A stretch of 64,000 nt of DNA, taken from assembly GCA_965112155.1 (NCBI GenBank), contig OZ218103.1, one strand, 5' to 3'. The notes beneath the pieces were generated by a model. It worked only from the letters and a program-made list of their open reading frames with translations. It had not been told where the DNA came from and did not search any database. This DNA comes from Podarcis liolepis. Its lineage: Eukaryota. Positions 23,624 to 36,450 of this stretch are shown here, piece by piece. The position numbers and the translations under genes are program-made. Position 1 is the first letter of the stretch. Each line of letters begins with the position of its first letter.

Positions 23624-25769
23624 AATCTATAAAGCCCAAGTATAGGCATCAGAGGACTAGAGTTCTACTCCTAAATCTATCCTTAAACTTTCCGAGTCTC
23701 AGTGGGAAATATTTAATATCAGTTTTAGCTCCCTTGCTATAAAGGTTGCTTCTAATATTAACAAATGCAAAACACTTGGAACACCTGGATTGGGAAGGAC
23801 TAGGGAAGTCAAAAGGTTATGTGCACTATTTAATTTCTTTCTGCACTGGAAAGCTATGGAAATTTGTATGGGAACATAGTGAAAATATCAGCAAGTATTT
23901 GAAACTAGGTAATACAGAATAATCTGAGCAGTGTTTAATTCAAAGACAAATAGGTAAGAGAAGTTCTATTAATAATAGAATATCAGCAAATACAAGACAG
24001 TTGGTCCAGTTACTGCTGACCAAGGAGAACTAAACTCGCTCGCCCTCCTTGGGCACATCCATGGAAGAACCCTTACAAAATTGCAAGTTGCTCATTGTAT
24101 CTCACCCAGAAAAAAAATTGCATGGAACGTGCCATCATTTACCTCTTGCGCTATTGCTCAGCAGAGCTAATAAATCTTGCATGAGCAGAGCAGATTGTAA
24201 TTTTCTAATATGAAAAGGCATTTGGATTGAAAGAGGGAGGGAAAGATAAAAGTGATTGAATCCCAAGTAGCCCAGGGTCAGTGACAAGACACTCCCAAGA
24301 AGCATGGCTCCCTCTTCTCTCTCAAGCTTTACATACATTCATTTCTCCCTACTCTCCACATGTTCTGTCTTAACTTCCCTTATTGACATCACATTGCTTT
24401 AAATGGTTACACAAGTTATCATTTTCCCCTTCTGATCAATCTGAATTTTCAGGGCAATTACCCTCTTAATCAATTATTGCCATCCAAAGCCCCTCAGATT
24501 CTTCCTCAGCCAAGCAGTTACACCTCTCTGGTGCAGACAGTACACACAGAAGCAATGAAGCTGGGGGCAACGCCAGCACAGGCAAGTCCATCTTATGCAG
24601 ACACACCTGCCTGCTGCAAGACTGGAAAAGTGTGAAGGCCACTTCAAGGAACACCTGATGAAAAGAAATGAGCATGTGTAGGTGGAAGGCCATTAGAGAA
24701 GGAAAGCAATATGTAAGGATCCACAAGTAAAGGGGGGAACCAATTGCCTAGCTGGAGAGTAAACAAATTTATGCAGCCACGCTGCCTGTAGGCCATGAAG
24801 AAGCTACATGATTAAGCACTGCTTAATCCCTAGAAAGGCAAATAAAGAGCCACAATATTTGACAAGGCCCCAAATCAGCAGTCCAGCTGCTTCAGTACGT
24901 GTCCATTTCACAACAAAACCCATATTAACCACACCGCTACTCAACTGACTTCTGGCAGCTTTGTTATGACACAATAAATGTGAGTTGAACTCAAGTCCAG
25001 GACAATGCTGCACTGACCCTCTCAACCCACATCCACAATCAAGTACGTCTTAAGAATCTGCAAATTTCGTACAAGAATCTGGTACATTTCCTGTTAATGG
25101 CAAAATTCCACTTTAGTAACTCTTAAAATATAAAATCTGTTGGCTAGAATTGTTTGATTAAGCAATTGTTCTGGCTTAAATCACACTGATTGTAGAAAGC
25201 AACCTCTCTCAAAGCGTGCTGTTTGTTTGTTTTATCAAGGATACAGATACCAACTATCCTTTCTGAATTTGTTGTGCTACATTCTTTTTCAACTAAAGCT
25301 CAGAAAGATTAAGTTATGCCAGCAAGATTTTACTGAGTAAACACAATCCTGTTCCAATGTGGAATTTTGTATACACTCTTCCATCCTATAGAATCTAGAA
25401 AAGCAGAAGAAATCTTGTGGAATCTCCTTCAACTGCTCCTACTATCCCCAAGTTCACTTTAGAGGCAACACCATCAACATTTTGAGAAGGACAGCCGGTG
25501 TTCTATAATGCTAAATAGTGCTAACAGATTTTTTTCCAGGTGCTGCAAGGTCTTTGCCAATCTGACCCACAAGATAACATGATAGATCCCTGGAAGCCAG
25601 CTGTGACATGCGTACCACGCATTTTGAAGTTAAAAATGCTTGTATGCATTTCAACCTGATCTCTGCTTTATGTGCAAGTCCATGAGTGAATACACCCAGA
25701 GCACCATCTAGTCTTGTTTTCAGTTGTGGAGGATCAATGTTGTTGACAAGGTGCTTGGAGAACTGCAAT

Positions 25770-26895
25770 TAACCTGTTTGCTTGCCCCTTGCCCCTCCGA
25801 GATTTTAACATCAAATGGTAGAGGATTGGCCAGCTGTATCCAGGAAGTTATAAGTGTCTCAGCCGCATTAAAAGAGAGGGTCATAAGGCCACTCTTGAAA
25901 AAATCCCCTCTAGGCCTCTCAGTATGATTTCAGTTATAAGTTAATCATAAATATTCCCTTTTGGGACAAGGTACTCAGACAATAACATAAGAAGAGTCCC
26001 CCTGATTCCAGGAAGCTCATCTTCTCCAGTATCCTGCTCTCACAGTGGCCAACCAGGTGCCTATGGGAAGCCTCCAAGAAGATCCTGAGTGAAACAGCAG
26101 AACATAGCCAGCATGGGTAATAGTGAGTGACAGTCTCAGTGGATCTGATTTGATTTAACATTATATTATGTTTTCCCCAAAACAAATACTGAACTCAAAG
26201 CGGCTCACAATATTCACAGTACCATCAAAACAAACACATTGCAATCACTCTATCAAACACAATACCATATAAATAAAACAAGCAACAGCAACAAATTCAC
26301 CAAAACAATTTATACAATTCAGTAACTCCAGACAGTTTGGGATGACAATGATTCCAGCCCAGTTTTGGCATTTAGAAGTGAAGCTCACCTTCATGTGCCT
26401 TCTTTACAAGAAGAGAGAAGAGCTTTTTTTAGCACTACAGCCCACATAATATTCTACCTGGAGCCAACATTTACATTTTTTGGCACCAGGCAAAAATGTT
26501 TTTGCTGAATCATGCATTTTTAACTGCTGGAAATGAATTTTGTAAATTTTATTCATTGTTTTATTATTGTATTTTGCTATGAGTATTGATTGTGCAGTGC
26601 CCTGAAATCCAAAAGGGTGAAGAGGAGAATAAAAGTGCTTTAAATAAACAACCCTCCTGGTACTTTTTGTAGCTTTCAGCACTATCAGCCACGATATCCT
26701 TCTTGCTTGGCTACATGAGATGTGCACTGGGGACACTGGGCCACAGTGGTTCCATCCATACCTAGGTGGCCATTTCCAGAAAGTGATATTGAGGGACTAC
26801 TACTCTGCCCCGTGGCATTTACGGCAGGGTTCCACTCCAGGTTCTATTGGAAACTACTGAGCAAGTTCATCCGGGGATTTGGGGGTGTAATGTCA
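25770..26895 (+). mobile_element. Old L2 RT-region fragment split by later insertions
   Basis: TCLLAPCPS..LKERVIRPLLKK..NIPF (25770-25980) resumes as AF.TI.HDILL..QWF..YL (26665-26895). A minus-strand CR1-type 3' end (aacataagaagag..., about 25983-26095) lies in between. Confidence 0.65.
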
Positions 26896-29296
26896 TTAAA
26901 ATGCTGAGACTCAAAAGTGGCATATATCTGCCTAAAAATAAATGCATATATAAATGTATGGCATTCAGAAGTAGCTGGATGCAGAATTCCCTACATGCCA
27001 TTCAAAGTTGCTGATAAACTAACAAAGTGCCAAGGTTTTTACTTAAGTTCTTCACAACTGAACAGTTCACTTTCCATTCTATGGGTTACACAGGAAATCC
27101 ATGCTCAACCCTCCTTCCCACTACCCATTCTTTATGGGTCCTGCTTCTCCAGATGCACTTTGAACTATAAATCTTGCCCTTCTTCACAGAGAAAAATACA
27201 TAGGATCCCTGGCATCTTCATTTTAAAGGTTTTTGGTAGCAGGTGTCTACTTGAAGACCCACTATCACTGGGCCAGATAGTCCAAGTGTCTTGACTCCAA
27301 TTATAAAGACAACTTTGGAAAATTTCAGATTAGTGCTTGAAGGGTAAACAAGCATGTAAGACATAAACATTAAGACAGCCATCCTGAAGTAGCAGTATTC
27401 TCAAATGGCAAATATATTTCACCCTTAATTTAGGTAACTTTGAGGATGATGCTCCTGCAGAAGGAGCACTGGCTTCACCCATCAGGCTGGCAGCCAAAAG
27501 GTGCCTGCAGAGACAGGAGAGCCTGGAAGGGCCAGCATGTCAGCAGGCCAGTCGCCGGCAAAATGCCTGACTGATGGCCCTGCGCTTCACTAGCTATTTT
27601 ACATGGAGCATGGCTGATCAAAGCTATCCCCACTGTGTACTATGGAGCAATAAAAATAAAAAAACCCACAGGAAGAATTCCTTAGGCAGGTAATGGGCAC
27701 TTTATTCCTTTTTATGGCACTAAACATAGGCAGCTGGCATAATTACACTACAATAAAGGCATAATGTGCACCCAGCAGAACGAATGCGAGGCTTCTGATA
27801 ATTAGGCAGAGCAAACAGTCTGGGATTCAACCACATGGTTTTACTTGGTCTCCTGGATCTGTCTGAGCCCAATTCCCAAAGCAGGCCAAGTCTGTCCCCC
27901 ATGAAATCTTAACCCAGCTCAACTTTTTCCTGGCTAGGATTGCTCTCTTTATTATTGCTTGTTTCTCCAATCTCACAAGATAAGAAGCACAGCCCCAGCA
28001 AGGATCCCGTAGCTCTACTAACAGAAATGTATCAATTCAAAAGAATATATGGAACCTAGATGGTAACACAGAGTTGTGCCTTGGGTCTCTGTACTGACAT
28101 TGGTATAAACTTCTTTTTGGACAGCTGTATGCACCCAGCTCTGAGCAGGTTATAAAACAATACAGCAAAGAGCAAATGTTGTACTGTCAATCACTGCCCA
28201 ACTACTTATACGACGGAAATGGGGATCAATGAGAATAATACATGTTTGAGGGTGACTTGCTTTGAGAACCATGGCAGACACCCAGGATCTGTTGGTACTA
28301 AGGACTAACCTATCAGTTCTGAAACAAAAAAAAAATGAAGAATGGAAAAAGGTAACATCAGGAGCCTTCAGAGCTATAGAATTCTCCTACTTATTACCTC
28401 ACAAATAGCAATTCCTCAGGTGTCAGGGTCTAATTAAGAATGCTGATGATGATGATGATATCACCTTGCTGGACAGGCTTATAATCTTAAGCACTCACAA
28501 CATGCAGCTGAGATCTAAGAGAGTAGCAAAATCTGAGCCAGCATTTCTAAACAGTCTTTAAAATATTAATCAAGAAAAGAAGAAGCAGATTTGCAAGATT
28601 GAGCAGAACTCAAAGTTTAGGGCTCAGCACGCTTGGATCATTGCAAGAGTTTCCTCAAGTGTAGGGGAAAAACCTTTTTAGCGTGAGCATGTGCATCTGG
28701 GCTCTAATTGTCATTGCTGAGAGTCAGTGTTACTACAATCTAGATTCCTTGGGGAGCAGACCCATATTTTTCACCCTACTAACAAGCCTCAATAACATAA
28801 TCAGTACCCCTCTTTACAGCCAGAGTTGTGAGATCTTTAAGACATTTCTATTAACACCATTCTAAAACTTCAGAAAGATGTTAGCTGCAACCCTGGCCTT
28901 GCGACAGCCCTCGATGACACACACTATGCTGGTATGGTTTTTACTAAAAACAGGTAACACTATGTTCCAAGAGTAAAAGGAGGCATTGCATTCTCCTCTA
29001 TAGGAGAAATGAGGGTCACATGAGGGCAGAGAAAGAGAAAGGGGTATCTTGCCCACTTGGGCTCCAATCCAAACCACAACGTCTTTTAGCCCCTTCCACT
29101 GATGGCATGTAAACCCCACATTAAATTAATGAAGGGAATACAGGTAAATTGAGTCACTTAAGAGTCTGTCCCTCTCCCTCTCTGACTCACTCATGTTTCT
29201 AAGCAGTATACAGGAAACCCAATAAAATACAATAAAAACAAGTGATAAAATCAGAATTCAGTTAAAAAGTCTGCCTGGAATTTTAAAAAAGTGGCC

Positions 29297-29620
29297 TAGT
29301 ATACCTGAAGGAACGTCTCCACCCCCATTGCTCTGCATGGACACTGAGGTCCAGCGCAGGGGGCCTTCTGCCTGGTTCCCTCGCTGTGAGAAGCCAAGTT
29401 ACAGGGAACCAGGCAGAGGGCCTTCTCGGTGGTGGCGCCCACCCTGTGGAACACCCTCCCATCAGATGTCAAGGAAATAAACAACTATCTGACTTTTAGA
29501 ATACATATGAAGGAAGCCCTATTTAGGGAAGCGTTTAATATTTGATGAATTATTGTATTTTAATATTTTGCTGGAAGCCTCCCAGAGTGGCTGGGGAAAG
29601 CCAGCCTGATGGGCAGGGTA
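29297..29620 (+). mobile_element. Young L2 3' end, 5'-truncated
   Basis: tacctgaaggaacgtctccacccc...agggccttctcggtggtggcgcccaccctgtggaac (RAFSVVAPTLWN), followed by a 3' UTR and microsatellite tail. Confidence 0.85.
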
Positions 29621-29710
29621 TGAATGAATGAATGAATGAATGAATGAATGAATGAATAAATAAATAAATAGGTAGTAGTAGTAGTAGTAGTAGTAGTAGT
29701 TGTTGTTGTT
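29620..29710. repeat. Compound microsatellite (TGAA)n(TAAA)n(GTA)n(GTT)n
   Basis: Seen directly. Confidence 0.95.
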
Positions 29711-32453
29711 AAACACTCTACTCACTTCTGTATTGCCATGAGGAAGAAACTGCAAATACTGAATCTCAAAGCATTGTATTTTAACCTTCAGCCCCACTTC
29801 CCGCTCCCTAAGGGAATGAAAGCTACAAAGGACCAATGGGACCTTTGCACAGCCAGAATTCTTTATGTGTGCCACAGGAAGTGGAAGCGTGGGGGAAACA
29901 GGAGCTTGTGTATGATTTATCTTCCAATCTCTTTCCTAAGCCTTTTAACCCCTTCATAGCACATGAGTGGCTAATAAGAATATGAAATGGATACCAGTCC
30001 CAGCAATACGTCTTCCCTTTCCTTCTGTCTACCAGATTCCATCCGATCATTTTCCACACATGTGGCAAGTGCCTCTCCACTCTCACCTGGCCTGGAATGC
30101 AGCCCACGTTGCAGGATTATTGTAAGACATGCCCTGCCTTTAATCCCTTCTTCTCTAGTCTTGCTCTAGTATTGACTGCGGGGGAGGAAGGGTCAGGTGC
30201 GAGGTCAAGCTTGTCTCTTTCAACACTGGTACGCGACAAGCATTCCAGCCTCACAGCGGATTTCAAGATACACTGAAATCCAGCAAAGCAACCAGGAGGA
30301 AAACAAGGAGTTCTATAAGAGACTATGGGGCTGAGGCAGGGCGAGGGCATGAGTAGGAAGCTAGGACTGTTGACATCTACATGAATACCATCTAACTTTG
30401 GACTGGTGTCTCCTGAGGTCTGGCACTTGGCATCTTAAGAGATAATGACGGTGTCAGGCCAAGCCAAAGAATTATATATCCATATACACAAGCGTACAAG
30501 AGAAAACATTTTTAGAGTTAGTATGCGCCCTTACATTCCCATGGAGGCTATACTTTGCAGCTGTGCTTAAAAAGTGATGCTGCACAAAATCCCTCCACAT
30601 CTGAGAAGCTAATGACAAGAGGTATGGAACTGTACACTAACGTATCAGCATAAGACACCACAAATCTGCAGTTCCTGGTCCTTTTGCATTTTGGGTCATA
30701 CATTCAGCATATGGGTATCTTGACCAGCAGGTGGTCTTTATGATAGTGCAAAAACATTTATGTGGGAGTCCACATCTTTTTCCAGAGTTTAGAGGTCTAG
30801 TTGTTTACTGACACAACAAGTACCATTTTCTAGACAAAGAAAACTAACAGAACCATGGTATTTTAATTGCATACTTTTTCAGCAGCAATTTACCCACAGC
30901 ATTTTTGTAGTCTTCCTGCCACAGGCTCCATTATGACTCTTCTTGAGTTGGTGGTCTATAAAAGATCAGACTTACAAAAATGTTGGTCTGTTTCAGCACC
31001 CTAGACTCTCACAATCTTGTCTCAGAAAGCGGCTGTCTTATACGCACTGAGCCCTACATCGCTGGTGTTCATAAGCAATATCTAGTATCTAGTGTGTCTC
31101 ATAGCTCTTGCTCGATCTATAGGCAACTCTTGTAGCAGCTGCCCTGCATGCGATATGATGCAGTTTGGACATGGGCAGCTTCACAACAGGGTTTTATATT
31201 ACAAGAGTCCCCAGCCCTTCTTCCCCAGTTGGGCGGATTAAAATGAACTTTTAACATGGCTTTTTTGAGTGGGGGTCAAGGTTAACTAATTTATGAAATA
31301 CTCTTTGCCACTCTGAAAAGTTTATGGTGGATTGAAATGGATATGATTTGGAAGCAAAACATGATTTGAAAAGTATATTCATTTTTACTGCTATGAGGCA
31401 GCCTAGACAAGGAAGACCCAACTCACCCCAAGTTCAAAGATATTTTTCTCTCTCCCCAACCCCATTAGCAGAATATGATTGACCCTTAATATATCCTAAT
31501 CTTCTAATGAGATCTGAATATATAAGGTCTGAAATAGGGTTTAATTTTACTCATTTGTTTACTCATTTATTCATTTTATAAACCTGATTTGAATTAGGTC
31601 ACTAATTTGAGCCCCAGGATTTTGGTTTGCTCTGTTGAAACCTATTACCTTTTCAATTTTTCTTTCTTTCTTAATATATTTCAGATATGAACTTTACTGG
31701 CAAGGCATCACATAGTATTACCTGTAAAGAGACCTGTTTGTTTGACAGTATCCCAGCCAATTCCATCTTTACAGATGCAAACTACAGAGCACAAGGTCTA
31801 AATAAAATTTCAGAAATAGTCATATAAGATGTCTAAGCTCATACGTCCCTTCACTGTGGCACTGTGCAGCAACAGCATTCAAGCAAGTATAACAGGAAGA
31901 GGTCTACATTCAATTAGCCTAAGAAGCACCACATTAACCATCACAGACAAGACCAGATGGCAACTAGCAGGACTGTAAGCACACAGAACAAATGCTCAGG
32001 CAAAGTAAAGGAAAGCTGGCTGAAAAAAGCACTGCGTCAACTACTATACTGTTTGCTGTCAAAATACATTGTTTTAAAAGTTTCAGAACTTCAATAAATA
32101 ATGATGGGGGGGAGGAAAAAGCATTGTGGGAAATGTACCCAGAAAGTCGGGGCCTCGGATGATGCAATACATTAGCACATCTGATGCATGGCTCACATAA
32201 GACCAAATTTTCAGGTTTGGGTCAGGCCAGGCCAGGCATCGGCGATATATAGCTTAACATGCTGTGCTTTTCTGGTTAATGATCTGGATGGAAGCTAGTC
32301 TGATATGTGAATGTGCCTAACTAGGGATTTGCTTTCCCCAGGGTTAATAACCACATGAGGATTAATTGGGAAAACTCTTTTCTTTCTTAATCCAAATAGC
32401 AAATTTATAACAGAATCAAGTATGACTCTAGGGTGGTTTGAGCAGAAGCTAAA

Positions 32454-32457
<4 letters not shown>

Positions 32458-32498
<41 letters not shown>
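32458..32498. repeat. (CT)n microsatellite
   Basis: Seen directly. Confidence 0.95.
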
Positions 32499-32501
<3 letters not shown>

Positions 32502-32959
32502 CCTCCCCCACCCCGGGTTCATTGGATCTCCTAAGTGGCCTTAGACCAGCCACTTTTTCTCAGTTTCAGCCCTCCACCACCAACAATGCAGGGAATCTAC
32601 GTTGCTGGAATCTTAGTTATCCCTACATTACTAAAATATTAGCAATACTATTTTTAAAAAATCAGCATGAAAAAGATATAAAGTGAACAGCTGCCACCCA
32701 CTTACAAATCTGCACAGAGATTCAGCCAACCTAGCCAATGATCCAACACAGTAGGCAAAGGCAACTGGGACTTTTGCAAATTCCACATTCTCTTGCTGTT
32801 CCTAAGATATCTATCAATCAACAGTCTTTTGTGGTACACGAGAATATCCCCACAGGAACTACTACCTGACATAAGTATGAAGTTCTGTCACCAGTGCCTT
32901 GTTCAGCTGGTATAGAATTGAATTCATGTATGTTTGCCCCAAAAGTTGTGATAATCCTA

Positions 32960-33560
32960 CAACTATTTTCTTAATATGCCCAAGGCCTATGTAATTATCA
33001 ATTATATAGATCCAAGAGGTTTGAGTGGCTTACAAATAACAATTTAAATAGTCACCAATAACTTAATGCAAATCATGACTATAAACCCAAAATTATATAA
33101 CAGAGTGTAAAAGGACATTTGAAAAACCAACAACCAGGATACCATAAGAAGATAGTAAATTCAAATGTAAGTTTAACTTTAAAAACTTAACACTTTTAAC
33201 TTGGCCAATGAAAACCTTTCAAAAATGTTAAAAACATACAAAATTGGGTTCCAGGAGGCTTGGTGACCATCAAGCCACACCTGGGAACTTCCTGAACTGA
33301 CCTGGTGGGCAGGTGTTACTTTTAGTACCCTATCCCTAACTAATGTTAAGGGCTTTGGGGAACGAGACATTCCTCAGGCAACTAGGACCCCAAATAATGT
33401 CTAGAGATAGCACAAATTCACCCCAATAATTCTCATTCAAAATTCCTGGAAAAGTACTACAGGCAGTTGAACAATTTTCGTTGAAGGGAGAAATGCACAT
33501 CACCACTGAGATTTGGCATTCAAAGCTCACCTTTCCCCACCATAAATCCAACACTGATTT
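32960..33560 (-). mobile_element. Possible degenerate L1-clade LINE 3' fragment
   Basis: Minus strand has aatcagtgttgg...ggggaaagg (NQCW..GE-like zinc-knuckle trace) followed by a T-rich 3' UTR. Heavily decayed. Confidence 0.35.
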
Positions 33561-33769
33561 ATGAATTTATGTTTACACATCCAAGTTAAGAATCAAGTAG
33601 ATCCCTTGTGGAGTACACTGCAGCAGGATAGAGGGGACCCAGTATCTTTAAGGCCTTTCCTGGATGCCCTTTCCGTCTCCAATGACTACCCGCTAGCTCT
33701 CTCCCTTTGATTTAAGAGTTCCTCTCGTAGCCCTGACAGTAAGGTATTTCTGTCCCACAGATTATAACT

Positions 33770-34290
33770 CACTCTGGGCTATTATTCAACTCCCAAGCCC
33801 TGGCCCTGCTGCATTTAGTCCAAACATAATATCCTTCATGCATATATTATCTGTCTCCCTATTATCTGGAATCATTTCGGAATTAAATTTCAGTCCTGCA
33901 ATATTGGCTCGAAGAGCGGCTCGCTTTATGGGCTAGTCAAAGGTTAGAATACCAATCAAAATAACATTGCCGATGCAGCGAGACATTTTAATATTCCAAA
34001 ACCCGGTAATTGTAAAAGGACATAATATTTTTTCCCTGATTACCCCAAAGGCAACACATGTTAACAAGGCGAGGGAGAGAGTGAAAGGATTTCCAGAGTT
34101 CAAGACAGCTGTGTGACAGATTTAAAGGCAAAGTAGTAGAAAGCTGGCCCCATGCAGCCTTCCAGGAGGGAGGGAGGAAGAAGCACACCTGCCCCTATTG
34201 ATCAGATCAATGAACCCAGTGTCTCTCTCTCTGCGATTGGCTAGTTACCAGTATCATTTGAGCTATCACATGACTGTCAAGCTGATCACA
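33770..34290. promoter_or_regulatory. Candidate conserved non-coding element
   Basis: Repeat-free with retained CpGs (gctcgaagagcggctcgc, gccgatgcagcgag), TTTATGG HOX-type site, TCAAAG, TAAT cores and TGACAG. Confidence 0.5.
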
Positions 34291-35434
34291 TGCACTTCGG
34301 AAAGCTGCTGGGCTAAAGGAATAGTCATTACATAAGATAACAACCCACAAAATGGCACAATGAAAAATACTAATTCAAGTCCAGGAAGTGATGTTAGTTA
34401 GAAAGCAGGCAATAAGATAACCATGGCCAGCGTCGTGTTATGATTTCTGTCAGCAACAACAACAAACATTCTGACCCTACTCCTGTAGTCCCTTTAGTTT
34501 TTAGGATCAGCCTCTGAATTAGGCATATGTTTTAATGTTAAGCAAATGCTTCAGATCAAAAGTTGATTAGCTTAGTAATTTGCCATGCAAAAACTAATTA
34601 TTTCCACTATCTGGGTCACTTTGGGCCTTCAGTAAATTTATGTGAACCTAATGTCAATCCTGTTTGACCAGACAAACGATCCACCTAGCCCTGTGTCCCA
34701 TCCTTGACAAAAGCCAAATAAAGATGCTTCAAGAAATATATAGCAGCAGTCCATTCTTGGTCATCCACTCCCAATCACCAGTTTTAAAGTTTAGAGACAT
34801 CCTAAATATTAGAATAGATGCCCTGAGCATGCTAATAAAGAGCTATTGATATTCTTATCTTCCATTAATTCGTCTAAGGGGTTTTATTATTATTGCCCAG
34901 CTGTACTGATAGCAGAGAGTTCCACAAATAAACTGAGGGTTATGTGAAAATAGTTTATGTGCTTGTTTTAAACCTGCTGCTTGTTAATTTCATTGGAGGT
35001 TCACTGGTTGCAGTAACTACTTGAAAGGGTAAAAGGTCTGTTTCCTGGCTACTCTTTCTACTCCACTCACGGTTTTATATACTTCTGCTTAGAAAAGTAA
35101 TAGATAAGAGTGGGTATTACGGGAAAGTCCAGATATTTAACCCTTCCTCTTATATGTAAGATAGTGCATACCTTGATGATTTTTTTCTGCTCGTCTTGAG
35201 ATGGAATCCAATGCTGCAGAAACAGCCTTCAACTTGTGGAACAGCACTTCACCTTTTTCTCCCTCACATACCCACAAAATTTACTCCTTGGGATCCCACA
35301 CCTTCTAAAACAGATTTTGAGGGCATGTGGAGGACTGTAAGAAGGAGAAGGCCATGTCCCATTACGTGAACACAAGTTCATTCTGCTTGCACCCAGACAG
35401 CACTGAATATAACCCTCTATTCCTCTTCTCAATT

Positions 35435-35925
35435 ACTTGGGTCTTCCTTTCCCCCCTTTTTGAAGATGGGGACAACATTTGCCTGCCTCCAATCTGTAGG
35501 GACCTCACCTGTTCTCCAATAATTCTCAAAGATAATAGACAAAGGCTCTGAAATTACATCCACAAACTCCTTTAGTATCCTTGGATACAGCTCATTAGGC
35601 TCTGGAGATCTGAATTCATTTTAAATAGCTAGGTGTTCCCTTACTACCTCTTTTCCTATCTTGGGCTACAGCTCCCTCATTACATCATTCTGTTATCACC
35701 AGGTTGGGCATCGCTTTCCTTTTGGGTGAAGACAGAGGCAAAGTAGGTGTTGAGTAGTTCCACCTTTTCTCTGTCACCCAATAGCATTTCTCCATGTTCC
35801 TCACACAGAGGATCTACCACTTGCTTGCTCTTACTTCAGACATAGCCAAAGAAACCTTTTATTATTATTTTTAACCTCTCTTGCAAGCCTGAGCTCATTC
35901 TGAGCTTTAGCCAGCCTGAATTTCC
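35435..35925 (-). mobile_element. CR1 LINE ORF2 internal fragment
   Basis: Minus-strand translation includes KAQNELRLAREVKNNNKRF, and downstream ELLN.YFASVFT and WRQANVVPIFKKG.KE-like motifs. Confidence 0.85.
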
Positions 35926-35976
35926 CCAATGTGCCAATGTGCAATTCATCCATGTAGCCTACACATTGTGCTAAGT

Positions 35977-36003
35977 CACACACACACACACACACACACA
36001 CAC
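35977..36003. repeat. (CA)n microsatellite
   Basis: Seen directly. Confidence 0.95.
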
Positions 36004-36049
36004 TTAGCACAAAGAAAACAATGTCAGTTAATATTAACAATAAGAATAC

Positions 36050-36450
36050 TCCATAAAATATAATTTAAACATATGGATTAATATAAAATGCCCATATGTC
36101 CGAACAGATATCCAAACTAGACTGGCAATTATAAGATATATGTTCAAATGTAAAAAAGGCAGTATGATCTTCAGATCACTGAGTAATGAGTGGTGGGTCT
36201 TTAACCTTCCAATCTTGAATACAAATCTCTTTGCAACTATAGGGGGTCAAAGGATTGACTTTTGTTGTACATCTGTTAGTTACCACATCGCAGGAATATA
36301 ATTTAGAAGTGCATAAGTATCAAAAAATATCAAGGCTTTTTCCAAAGAAAAGTAAATACGAACAACAATTTCTGACCAAAAAGGCACCACAGGACACACC
36401 CTCATCATAAACCTAAAAGAAGTATTATCAGCATTACATCACCAGGATGT
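36050..36450 (-). mobile_element. Possible degenerate L1-clade LINE 3' fragment
   Basis: Minus-strand trace MMRVCPVVPFWSEI resembles the H.W.C...FW zinc-knuckle end of L1 ORF2. Confidence 0.4.

Noticed and set aside
30992-31012. REST/NRSE site (TTCAGCACC)
   Set aside because: Only the left half matches; the GGACAG right half is absent.
31714-31735. Recursive splice site (tctctttacag|gtaat on the minus strand)
   Set aside because: Short pyrimidine tract with a competing AG just upstream; expected by chance in a 41-kb intron.
34745-34770. Partial resemblance (gtccattcttgg) to the expected next ERI3 exon
   Set aside because: The WPKNG frame is not maintained and there are no splice sites; it lies in decayed CR1-like sequence.
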